DNA of 64,000 bases from Candidatus Eiseniibacteriota bacterium (GTDB lineage Bacteria; Eisenbacteria; RBG-16-71-46; SZUA-252), in the NCBI GenBank assembly GCA_963724515.1, contig CAVRUU010000002.1, positions 2,942 to 66,941 on the forward strand. The letters are read 5' to 3'. A program made the position numbers and the translations under genes. The stretch's first letter is position 1, and every line of letters begins with the position of its first letter. Below, piece by piece: positions 1 through 8,446 of this stretch. The notes below the pieces were generated by a model that was not told where the DNA came from, did no database searches, and worked only from the letters and a program-made list of their open reading frames with translations.

Positions 1-56
1 TCGGGCGGGAAGGATCGCGTTCCCGCCGAGCGTGATCACGGCGGATCGGGGGAGTG

Positions 57-1238
57 TCAGCGCGCGGCCCGGACCTGGCCCTGGACCGCCGCGCCGATGC
101 GACGGAGCGCCTCGCGGATATTCTCGATCGAGTTGGCATAGGAGAGCCGGATGTACCCTTCGCCGTGCGGCCCGAAGGCCGTGCCGGAGAGCACCGCGAC
201 CCCTGCCTCCTCGAGGAGCATCCGCTCGGCGTCGGCGCTCTTCATGTGGAGTGCCTGGATGTTCGGGAAGACGTAGAAGGCGCCGGCCGGCTCGAGACAG
301 CGGAGCCCGGGAATCGCGTTCAAGCCTTTCACGATCTCGTCCCGCCGCCGATGGAACTCGGCGATCATCGCGCGGATCGGCTCCTGCGAGCCTCCGAGCG
401 CCACGATGCCCGCCCGCTGCACGAATGAAGTGGCGCAGGAGTAGACATTGGTGGCGAGCCGCGCGACGTGTTTCGCGAGCGTGGGATTCATGACGCCGTA
501 GCCCAGCCGCCAGCCGGTCATCGCGTAGGTCTTCGAGAATCCGTCGAGGAGGATCGTCTTCTCTGCCATGCCGGGACGCGTTGCGATCGATTCGTGCACG
601 CCGTCGTAGAGGATCTTCGAGTAGATCTCGTCGGAGAGCACGAAGATCTCGCGGTCGCGGAGAAGCGTGGCGATCTCGTCGAGGTCCTTGGGGGTCAGAA
701 CCGATCCGGTGGGGTTGTGCGGCGAGTTGAGCACGACCATCTTCGTCTTCGGCGTGAGCAGCGCCTCGAGATCGGCCGCGCCGAAGCGGAATTCCTTGTC
801 CTCGCGCAGCACGAGCGGAACGGGCTTTGCGCCGATGAACCGGACGACCGACTCGTAGATCGGGAAGCCCGGGTCCGGCACGATGACCTCGTCGCCGGGA
901 TTCACGCACGCCATGATCGCGAACGTGAGAACCGGCTTTCCCCCGGGGGTCACGACCACCTGATCGGCCGTCGTCTTGAGCCCGCGATCCCTGGTGATGA
1001 AGGCAGCGATCGCCTCGCGCACCTCGGGGAGTCCCGCGGAGGGCCCGTAGTGGGTGAATCCTTCGTCCAAGGCTCGCGCCGCGGCAGCTCGGATCGGAGC
1101 CGGCGTGTCGAAGTCGGGCTCACCGATCTCGAGGTGCACGATGGAGCGGCCCTGCGCCTCCAGCGCGCGCGCCTTGGCCAGGACCTCGAACGCCGTCTCG
1201 GTGCCCAGCTGACTCATCCGGTCCGCGTATCGCATCAC
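57..1238 (-). CDS. Pyridoxal-phosphate-dependent class I/II aminotransferase (aspartate aminotransferase-like)
   Basis: 393-aa ORF. It carries the GEPDF motif, NSPHNPTG, and the PLP-lysine motif SKTYAMTGWRLGY. The start could instead be the internal Met at 1217 (MSQLGTETAF). Confidence 0.93.
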   Translation of the reverse strand: MMRYADRMSQLGTETAFEVLAKARALEAQGRSIVHLEIGEPDFDTPAPIRAAAARALDEGFTHYGPSAGLPEVREAIAAFITRDRGLKTTADQVVVTPGGKPVLTFAIMACVNPGDEVIVPDPGFPIYESVVRFIGAKPVPLVLREDKEFRFGAADLEALLTPKTKMVVLNSPHNPTGSVLTPKDLDEIATLLRDREIFVLSDEIYSKILYDGVHESIATRPGMAEKTILLDGFSKTYAMTGWRLGYGVMNPTLAKHVARLATNVYSCATSFVQRAGIVALGGSQEPIRAMIAEFHRRRDEIVKGLNAIPGLRCLEPAGAFYVFPNIQALHMKSADAERMLLEEAGVAVLSGTAFGPHGEGYIRLSYANSIENIREALRRIGAAVQGQVRAAR

Positions 1239-1251
1239 GTCTCCGTTCGGG

Positions 1252-2682
1252 TTAACGATCCAGCTTCAGCCACACGGTTCCGCTCCAGGGCCGCGGGCCC
1301 CCCGCGTCCTCCGAGCGCTCGAGCGCGTAGCCGAGGCGAAATCCGCGCGGGCCGAATGCCCCGCGCGCGGCGAGCCGCAATCCCGGTTTCGACCGGGCTC
1401 GCAGGACGGTCTCCCCGGAAGGGGTGAGATCCACGCCCCATGCGGTGGCCCCGCTCCGAAGCCGCGTCGCCTCGATGAGCATCGAATGCCCGCCGATCCA
1501 TCCCGCGCCCAGGTCGAGCCTCGCTCCCACGGTCGTGCTCGAAACCCGCGAGCCGCGGCTCGCGCGGCCCGAGGCTCGCCTCACGGCGTGGACGGCGAGG
1601 CTTCGTCCGCTGTCCCGCGAGAGGGTCGCGTCGATCATCCCATAGGCTTCGCGTGCCGGGGCGGGATTTCCGCCGCCCCCGAAGCCGACCGCTCCCAGGC
1701 GCACCCGCACCGGGGCAGATCCGCCGCGGCGCGACACCGCCGCTTCCAGCTCGAGGAGGCCATCGTCCGCGGCGGCATCACCGGACCAGGACCGCCACGT
1801 CAGGCGCGCCCGGGAATCGGAGCCGAGCGTTTCGGCGCTGATCTCCGCGGCCACACTTCTCGCGGTCCAGGATCGGTATCGCCACCGCGCACGGAGTATC
1901 ACGGCGTCGGCGCGCGAGGCCGCTTCCGCCAGAAACGCGCGCCCCTCGCTCGACCCCAGCGCCTCGAGCGCGATGCTCCCGCCGCGCTCCCGGCGAAGAA
2001 CCGTGATCGATCCGCACCGCGCGGGCCCCGCGGCGCCGGCCGAGGCCGAAACACGCGTTCCGCCGCGTCCCACGCCCATCCCGATGCCCGCGATCGGCTC
2101 ACGCGAGCCTCCGCGGATCCCGGCGAAGGACCAGGCGGACACGCCACGCTGCAAGACCACGGCGCCCCCGTCGATCGCGCCCGCGGACGCTCCCAGGGAC
2201 GGCGCCACCCGGATGACCCCCGCTCGAGGCGCCAAGACCCGCCGGGGGATTCGCGTGATCCGCATCGCTTCCGCGAAGAGTGGCGGCGCGAGGGAGACGC
2301 TCACGCGCCCGGCCGCGAGCACCGCGCCCCTGCCCCCGCCCGCAAGCCGGACTCCGGGTTTCAGGCGGGATTCCTCCGCGAGGAATCCCAGCTCCCACCG
2401 GATTCCGCCGTTCAAACCCACGAAACCGATCCGCCTCAACGCGAATCGTTCGCGAGCGATGGCGCCGCGAAAGTACGCGCCCGTGCGGGCTGAAGGCCGC
2501 TCCTCCTCCAGGGCCTCCACGCTCTCGAGGTCCTCTTCCGGGACGGGAAGCCACCGCTCGGCGCCTTCCATCGAATCCGGTTCCGCGGCGACCGGAGGCT
2601 CCGCGGCGGCTGCCGCGATCGCGGCGGCCAAACAGCTTCCTGCGACCAGCCCAAAACCCGCCAGCGGAATGAGACGGCGCAT
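1252..2682 (-). CDS. Hypothetical secreted protein, possibly an outer-membrane beta-barrel
   Basis: The track ORF is trimmed to the internal ATG at 2682, which gives a signal peptide (MRRLIPLAGFGLVAGSCLAAAIAAAAA). Beyond it lie long stretches of alternating Gly/Ala/Arg/Ser beta-strand-like sequence. I recognise no motif. Confidence 0.55.
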   Translation of the reverse strand: MRRLIPLAGFGLVAGSCLAAAIAAAAAEPPVAAEPDSMEGAERWLPVPEEDLESVEALEEERPSARTGAYFRGAIARERFALRRIGFVGLNGGIRWELGFLAEESRLKPGVRLAGGGRGAVLAAGRVSVSLAPPLFAEAMRITRIPRRVLAPRAGVIRVAPSLGASAGAIDGGAVVLQRGVSAWSFAGIRGGSREPIAGIGMGVGRGGTRVSASAGAAGPARCGSITVLRRERGGSIALEALGSSEGRAFLAEAASRADAVILRARWRYRSWTARSVAAEISAETLGSDSRARLTWRSWSGDAAADDGLLELEAAVSRRGGSAPVRVRLGAVGFGGGGNPAPAREAYGMIDATLSRDSGRSLAVHAVRRASGRASRGSRVSSTTVGARLDLGAGWIGGHSMLIEATRLRSGATAWGVDLTPSGETVLRARSKPGLRLAARGAFGPRGFRLGYALERSEDAGGPRPWSGTVWLKLDR

Positions 2683-2699
2683 GATACACGGGATTTCCC

Positions 2700-2728
2700 T
2701 GGAAACGACACGCGAAATCCGGTATAAT
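2700..2728 (+). promoter_or_regulatory. Candidate sigma70-type promoter (TGGAAA-17 nt-TATAAT) for the 948-aa CTD protein
   Basis: Perfect TATAAT at 2723-2728. A 4/6 match to the -35 hexamer lies at 2700-2705 with a 17-nt spacer. This implies a ~205-nt leader. An AGGAG ribosome-binding site (RBS) sits 7 nt before the ATG at 2939. Confidence 0.4.
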
Positions 2729-2938
2729 GTGCGATGCCGCTTCCAAGAAGGTCCTTTAGCGAGGCGGGTGTCGCAACTATCCAGCATGAGAGGTCTCCCC
2801 GAGGCGACATGCCCTGCCCCCTGCCGGCTTGTTCCGTGCGTTTTCCTCGCGCGCTGTTCTTCCTTCGCCTGACCTCGTTAGTCGCTTCGACGATTCCCCT
2901 GTCCTGTCCCGAGAAGTCCACGTGGAAGGAGCTCCCCC

Positions 2939-5785
2939 ATGCGACGTAGTGCGACCGCACTGCTCTCGACATTCCTCGCATCGGCTCTCTGCGCCGGTGT
3001 CGCCGTGGCCTCGTCCTACGTGGCGGCCCCGCCGGCAGCGCCGGTTCCGACGGGTGTTGCCCGAACGCAGATTCCCGACGGCTCGCCGATGTTCGGCGCC
3101 CCGGCCCGCGCGGGAAGATCCATGCGCACCGCGACCGTCGGAGAGACGGTCTGGGTCTTCGTGGACAGCCTCGAGACGCGGACGAGCCCGAACAACGAGG
3201 GTGGCTGGACGCACTACGACGCATCGGCAAAGCCGACCGCCTGGCACATCGACACGTTCCTCGGCTGCCAGAACCATTCCTGGTGGTGTGGAATGGTCGA
3301 CTCCTCCTGGACGTTCGACAGCAACCGCGCCGGCTACGACAACGACTGGACGCAGAATCTGCAGAACAAATTTCCCACCGCTTCCATCCCTCCGGGAACT
3401 CCCGTGACGCTCGGCTTCAAGCACCGCTTCAACGCGGAGCCCGCGTACGACTTCGGGTACGTGGAAGTGCTCGACCCCCACAGCGAGTGGATTGGCCTCG
3501 CCCAGTTCACAGGGCAAGTGCCGGCCGGCGCTTTTTGCGACACCTTCGTGGTCGCGATCCCCGACTCGATTGTGGCGGCCTGGCGCTCCGGCGCCGGAGA
3601 CTCCACCGCGACGCCCATCCCCGTGCCCTTCCGGTTCCGGTTCACGAGCGACGTGGGGTACTCCTCGGCGGACGGCCTCTACGACGGGGACGGCTGGATC
3701 ATCGACAACGTCACGGTGAGGGCGGGTGCAAGCGTCGTCTTCTTCGACAACGCGGAGGGCGGTCAGGGGACCTGGTTCCGAACCACTTCCCCGGGTGTGG
3801 GGGACTACTTCAGGCTCCAGCGGAACGTCCTCACCGAGGACTTCTGCACGACGAATCAATCCAACGTGTGGACCGATTGGAACCAGATCTTCCAATCGCT
3901 CGTGCAGAGGCTGGACAACTTCGTGGTGACCCCGCCGGTCTTCACCAACAAGGCAAGCTCGGTCTTCGTCAACTTCGATGTCTACCGGAACCTGCCTCTC
4001 AATTCCTGCTTCTACTACCATCTCAACTTCCGCACCAAGAACGCGGGTGACGCGAACTGGGGCAACTGGACCGACCCCACACTCTTCGTGTACTACGGGG
4101 GGAGCAAGGACTGGGCGCGCCAGCTCATCACGCTGGCCGGCGCGGGCGGCAAGGACTCGGTGCAGGTGGAGCTGGGACTTCGGGACTATTCGGAGACGTT
4201 CTGCGACGGGGTCTCCTCCCCGGCGAACACCTACGCGCTCTTCGACAACGTCGCGGTCGGCATCATCGGACAGACCGGGCCCGGATTCGTCGTGCGCGAC
4301 ATCGATTTGTTCAACGACACGTTCCAGACCACACCGTTCTTCCGGGACGACAATTTCAATTCGCCGATCGGGGACACCACGGTCGTGCAAGTCAGCGCGT
4401 CCCGCGGATACAAGAACGGGTTCATGTTCTACCGATTCAACGGGGGTTCGTTCAACTCGGTGCCGCTCCAGCGCTCCCATCCGGCGCTCCCCACGCATTA
4501 CTTCGCCGACGTTCCGCCCGGGAGCTATCCGGCCAACACGACCGTCGAGTACTACTTCGCGGCCACGGACAGCCAGAACGCGACCGCCTACTTCCCCGTG
4601 GATGCCATCACGAACCAGCGCTACCGCTCGGCTTCGATCCTGCCGGTGAAGACCGCGATCAACCTCCCGCTGGGATGCTCGGACAGCCTTGCCTCGATTC
4701 TCTTCGTGAACCACTTCGCGGGCCGCGAGACGCAGACCTACATGACGCAGACCCTGACTTCGCTCGGGTTCAAGTACGACACGTGGGAGGTGAACGGGCC
4801 CACGAGCGGAATCGGAAACTGCCTCGGGGGATCGGACCCGGGAGATATCCAGTACCACTGGCCGGTGACCGACGTCGGGAAGCTGCTCCAGTACTCCACG
4901 ATCATCTGGAACTCGGGGGATCTGTCCGCGTTCACGATCACGCCTCGAGACCAGCAGGTGATCCAGTCCTGGATCCAGCAGCCTGGGAAAAACCGGAACT
5001 TCTGGATCAGCGGCGATGACGTGGGCGCCGACCTGATGGCGAACAATCAGGCGAACAACTTCAACGGATTCGTCGGGTTCACGTGCGGCGCCCTGTGGCT
5101 CCGGAACCTCTGGGAGAATGTGCCCCAGGACTCGCTTCATCCGGCCGTAAAGGGAGTCAACGGTGGGCCCGCGGCCGGCAGGTTCATGCACCTGAACGGC
5201 GGGTGCCCGATCCTGAACACGTTCGACCTGGTGACACTCTCTTCGACCGGAAGCGCCGGCAAGTCCGGTCTCCTGCTCCAGTATCCGAACCTCTTCGGGG
5301 CGGCGACCCGCTACGCCACCGACTACAACACCTTCAGCACCACCGACAGCGCCCGCGTGGTGTTCTGCGGCTTCGGCTTCAACATCATCGAGGAAGGCGG
5401 GGAGCGGCTGAATCTGACGAAGCTGGTCGTCCAGAATTACTTCAAGGAGGCGAACTGCTACCTCGCGTCCGGAGTCGAAGAGGGAGGCACGTCGGAAGCG
5501 CCGCCGATCCGGAACACTCTCGGTCAGAACGCGCCGAACCCGTTCAACCCCGAAACCGCGATCCGCTATTCGGTTTCGCGCACCGGCCCGGTCGCGATCC
5601 GGATCTACAACGTGAGCGGGGCTCTGGTCCGCACCCTGGTGAACCGCGTGCAGGTCGCCGGGGAGCACCTCGAGCGCTGGAACGGTACGGACGACCACGG
5701 GCGCCCGCTGCCCAGCGGCGCCTACTTCTACCGGCTCGAGTCCGAGGGATTCGCCGATTCGAGGAAGCTCATCCTGCTGAAGTAG
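2939..5785 (+). CDS. Large secreted protein with an FlgD-Ig/T9SS-like C-terminal domain
   Basis: 948-aa ORF with signal peptide MRRSATALLSTFLASALCAGVAVASS. The C-terminus is NAPNPFNPETAIRYSV...IRIYNVSGALVRTL...WNGTDDHGRPLPSGAYFYRLE...KLILLK. The N-terminal jelly-roll-like region ends in GDGWIIDNVTV and is paralogous to the 39325..42954 protein. Confidence 0.9.
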   Translation: MRRSATALLSTFLASALCAGVAVASSYVAAPPAAPVPTGVARTQIPDGSPMFGAPARAGRSMRTATVGETVWVFVDSLETRTSPNNEGGWTHYDASAKPTAWHIDTFLGCQNHSWWCGMVDSSWTFDSNRAGYDNDWTQNLQNKFPTASIPPGTPVTLGFKHRFNAEPAYDFGYVEVLDPHSEWIGLAQFTGQVPAGAFCDTFVVAIPDSIVAAWRSGAGDSTATPIPVPFRFRFTSDVGYSSADGLYDGDGWIIDNVTVRAGASVVFFDNAEGGQGTWFRTTSPGVGDYFRLQRNVLTEDFCTTNQSNVWTDWNQIFQSLVQRLDNFVVTPPVFTNKASSVFVNFDVYRNLPLNSCFYYHLNFRTKNAGDANWGNWTDPTLFVYYGGSKDWARQLITLAGAGGKDSVQVELGLRDYSETFCDGVSSPANTYALFDNVAVGIIGQTGPGFVVRDIDLFNDTFQTTPFFRDDNFNSPIGDTTVVQVSASRGYKNGFMFYRFNGGSFNSVPLQRSHPALPTHYFADVPPGSYPANTTVEYYFAATDSQNATAYFPVDAITNQRYRSASILPVKTAINLPLGCSDSLASILFVNHFAGRETQTYMTQTLTSLGFKYDTWEVNGPTSGIGNCLGGSDPGDIQYHWPVTDVGKLLQYSTIIWNSGDLSAFTITPRDQQVIQSWIQQPGKNRNFWISGDDVGADLMANNQANNFNGFVGFTCGALWLRNLWENVPQDSLHPAVKGVNGGPAAGRFMHLNGGCPILNTFDLVTLSSTGSAGKSGLLLQYPNLFGAATRYATDYNTFSTTDSARVVFCGFGFNIIEEGGERLNLTKLVVQNYFKEANCYLASGVEEGGTSEAPPIRNTLGQNAPNPFNPETAIRYSVSRTGPVAIRIYNVSGALVRTLVNRVQVAGEHLERWNGTDDHGRPLPSGAYFYRLESEGFADSRKLILLK

Positions 5786-5820
5786 CGCGCTTCGCTTCGC
5801 ACGGCGCGTGACGGTTTCGA

Positions 5821-5854
5821 GGCGGCCCGCGTGTTCGGCGGGCCGCCTTTTTTG
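5821..5854 (+). terminator. Rho-independent terminator
   Basis: GGCGGCCCG-cgtgttc-GGCGGGCCGCC hairpin followed by TTTTTTG, starting 36 nt after the TAG at 5783-5785. Confidence 0.8.
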
Positions 5855-6634
5855 CCCGCGAACGAGCCCCAGACGCAGCGCGGTGATGGTTCCCCCGAAG
5901 GCGTAGTCGAGCCTCCCCCAAGAAACCTCCAGCCCCGCGACTCGGACCGAGAAGGCGATCCCGATCCTTCCGGGCGCCGTGCCTCGTCCGAGCCGGACCC
6001 GCGCCGCGTCCCCGAGGGGAAACTCGAGCGTCACGCGAGGGCTGTGCGTCGCGTCGGGTTCCCATCGGTCGAGGAACGCGAGCGCGGCGCCCCTCGCGCG
6101 AAACGCGGCGGCGAGCTCGAAGGCCGCCGGCACTCCGGCGCCCTCGAGCGTCCTCGTCCGGAGAATGCGATCCGCCGAGATCCAGACATCGGCGTGATCG
6201 TCCAGACTCCCGAGCGCGCGCCCGCCCAGCGCCCAACCTCCCCAGCGCTCCTCCCCGTCGGCGGAGAAGTCGAGGCGCTCAAGCTGTAGAACGAGGCGGA
6301 CGGATTTCAGGGCCCGCTCCCCGGCGGTGAGGCGCAGGGAAGCTTCCCGCGCCCCCGGCCCTGCCAGCGTGGCGTAGTTGAGCCCGATCTCACGGCCACT
6401 GGCCGAGAGCGAGAGGTCGAGCTGGGATTGAGCGAGCCCGTCGGCTCCGAACAACGAGGCGCAGCCCGCGCCCGCGCGCAGAAGCGAGACCTCTTCTCCA
6501 AATGGGAGCCAGGCTGCGTCCGTGGACACGGCTCCCAGGGCGGCGGGGCCGGCGTCTCGCAGCTCGAACGCGGCCCGCGCGGCGGCGGGCATGGCCAGAG
6601 CCCAGAGGAGCGCGATCGCGGCGGCCCTCACCAT
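5855..6634 (-). CDS. Hypothetical signal-peptide protein (beta-barrel-like); 3' end unresolved
   Basis: The ATG at 6634 overlaps the upstream stop (ATGGTGA). Signal peptide MVRAAAIALLWALAMPAAARA. This frame has no stop codon until 2777, because it runs on as the antisense shadow of 2939..5785. I therefore set the lower coordinate arbitrarily at the convergent terminator. Confidence 0.4.
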
Positions 6635-8370
6635 GGGCCCACCACGGTGAGCGCGAGGTTTCCGCTCCGCGCCGGCTCGTTGCCGTCGGGGATCGTCTCG
6701 ACCCGCACGACGTAGGTGCCGGCGGGAACCGGAGCGCCCACGTCGTCCCGGCCGTCCCAGACGAACGCCGCGTCGCCGAGCACGCGCTGGCCGTCCACGA
6801 GAAGACGCCGAGGACGGCCCAGGAGATCGTGGACGAGGACGCGGACCCGTTTTCCGCGCGATCCATCTCCGAAGGCGAACACGACGGAAGCGACAGGAGA
6901 GCCCGTGCGTCGGCGAACGACGCGGGTGCTCGCGAGGAGGAGCCCGCCGCCCGGGCCGCCCCCATGCCGCGGCGGGGCCGCGAGGGAGTTCGTCCGCCCG
7001 GGAGTGCCCGCGTGAGGATCGATCGACTCGGCCCAGGAATTCGGAGAGGCGCTTGGGAGGGCGGTCCCCAGCCGTTCGATCGACCCTCCACGCTCGGCGA
7101 AGCCGGAGCGGTACGGAACGGCGTCGCACGGCGCCCCGAGAGAGTCCACGACCCGCACGCGATCCGCGAACCCATCGTCCCGGTCGGTATCGTTCAGCGC
7201 CGGCCAGCCGCCGCGGCACCCGACGACGAGACTCTCGGGCAACGAGTAGGCGGCGCGCACGAGGTCGGGAGACTGCGCGACGACGAAGACAGAGCCGGCG
7301 CCCGCAGGCCGCGCCTCCGGTCCCCGATCGATCGGGAACGTGCGCCCTCCGGCGTCCGAGAGCGCATAGGCGCCGATGTCCAGCACCGGCTCGAGCGCGA
7401 TCAGCTCCACCCATTCCCCCGCCCCGCGATCGCGGAACGCGAACTCGTTCACGGCGAGCGGCGAGGCGGTCGATCGCGATCGGAAGAACGAAGTGTCCGC
7501 GATCGCGGAGGCGCCGTCATTCCCACCGTCCGCATCCGCCCCGGCGTCACGGAGCGCCACGCGAAGATCGAAGGGCCCGGCTGAGGGCGCCACGAACGCG
7601 CAGCGCACGCTCGCGCTCTCGCCGGGAGCGAGCGCGACTCCAGCGCACGCCGACGCCGCGGACCACTCCAGTTCCGACGCGCGGCGCATCGCGATCTCGG
7701 TCCGCCATCGGGCGGCGGGAACGCCCAGCCGGCCCCGATTCCTTACGTGCACCGAGAGGACCGCGTCCTCCCCCGGCCAGGGCACCTCCGGCTCCAACGC
7801 GGCGGTCCCGCGCGCGATCGAGAGCCCCACATCCGGACGATTCGCCCGTCCCGGCGTGGGGCCCGGGTCAGGGGCCCAGTCCGCGGTGTTCGAATCGGTA
7901 TCGCGACCATCATCGAGGCGGGCGAGGCTCGAACCCGAGGCGGCGTCCGCGGCCGGCGACCCTTCATAGAGGTCGGCCGACGCAAGCGCTCCGTAGCCCA
8001 CGAGGTCGAGCACGACCCCCGCGCGGCTCAGTCGCACGGCGTCCGGCCCGTTCTGGATCGCCGAGAGGAGCGCGCCCCCTGAGATGAGGAAGGCGTGGCG
8101 CGGCGGAATGGAGTCGCCCGCCGAGCCGGCGTAGAGGGTTTCCCAGACACCCGGACGGGCGCCATCACCCGACTCGACGAGGATTCCCGCGAGAGACACG
8201 GCGCTCGTGTCCGGATTCCACAGCTCCACGAACTCGGAGCCGTCGTCCGGACCCGCCGGGTCGTAGAGCACCTCGTTCAACAGGAGGTCGGCGCGGGCGA
8301 GGGCGGCCGGGAGGAAGAGGGCAAGGCAGATTGCGGTGAGCCACGGTGCGGCCACGAGAGCGCGGTGCAT
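6628..8370 (-). CDS. Secreted protein with two lamin-tail domains (LTD) and an FlgD-Ig-like C-terminus
   Basis: 580 aa with signal peptide MHRALVAAPWLTAICLALFLPAALARA. The LTD signature LLLNEVLYDPAGPDDGSEFVELWNP is followed by a second LTD-like segment (LAVNEFAFRDRGAGEWVELIA). The C-terminus reads VRVLVHDLLGRP...FVWDGRDDVGAPVPAGTYVVRVE. Confidence 0.85.
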   Translation of the reverse strand: MHRALVAAPWLTAICLALFLPAALARADLLLNEVLYDPAGPDDGSEFVELWNPDTSAVSLAGILVESGDGARPGVWETLYAGSAGDSIPPRHAFLISGGALLSAIQNGPDAVRLSRAGVVLDLVGYGALASADLYEGSPAADAASGSSLARLDDGRDTDSNTADWAPDPGPTPGRANRPDVGLSIARGTAALEPEVPWPGEDAVLSVHVRNRGRLGVPAARWRTEIAMRRASELEWSAASACAGVALAPGESASVRCAFVAPSAGPFDLRVALRDAGADADGGNDGASAIADTSFFRSRSTASPLAVNEFAFRDRGAGEWVELIALEPVLDIGAYALSDAGGRTFPIDRGPEARPAGAGSVFVVAQSPDLVRAAYSLPESLVVGCRGGWPALNDTDRDDGFADRVRVVDSLGAPCDAVPYRSGFAERGGSIERLGTALPSASPNSWAESIDPHAGTPGRTNSLAAPPRHGGGPGGGLLLASTRVVRRRTGSPVASVVFAFGDGSRGKRVRVLVHDLLGRPRRLLVDGQRVLGDAAFVWDGRDDVGAPVPAGTYVVRVETIPDGNEPARSGNLALTVVGPW

Positions 8371-8446
8371 GGATTCCCCCTTCTTGGGAGAGGCAAGGGG
8401 GAGAGAACGGAGACGGAAAGACGGGGCGTCTTCGAATGCGGGTCTT

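Noticed and set aside
1-39. Possible start of another minus-strand gene (GTG at 39; VITLGGNAILPAR, reminiscent of amino-acid/carbamate kinase N-termini)
   Set aside because: Only 13 codons are inside the window and no RBS is visible. This is too little to support a feature call.
2777-7414. 1545-aa ORF on the minus strand, the longest-looking unannotated frame in the first 8 kb
   Set aside because: It is Arg/Gly/Pro/Val-rich with no motifs. It lies antisense to the well-supported 2939..5785 gene and overlaps the LTD gene in another frame. Only the segment from the ATG at 6634 down to about 5855 looks like a real protein, and I report that separately.
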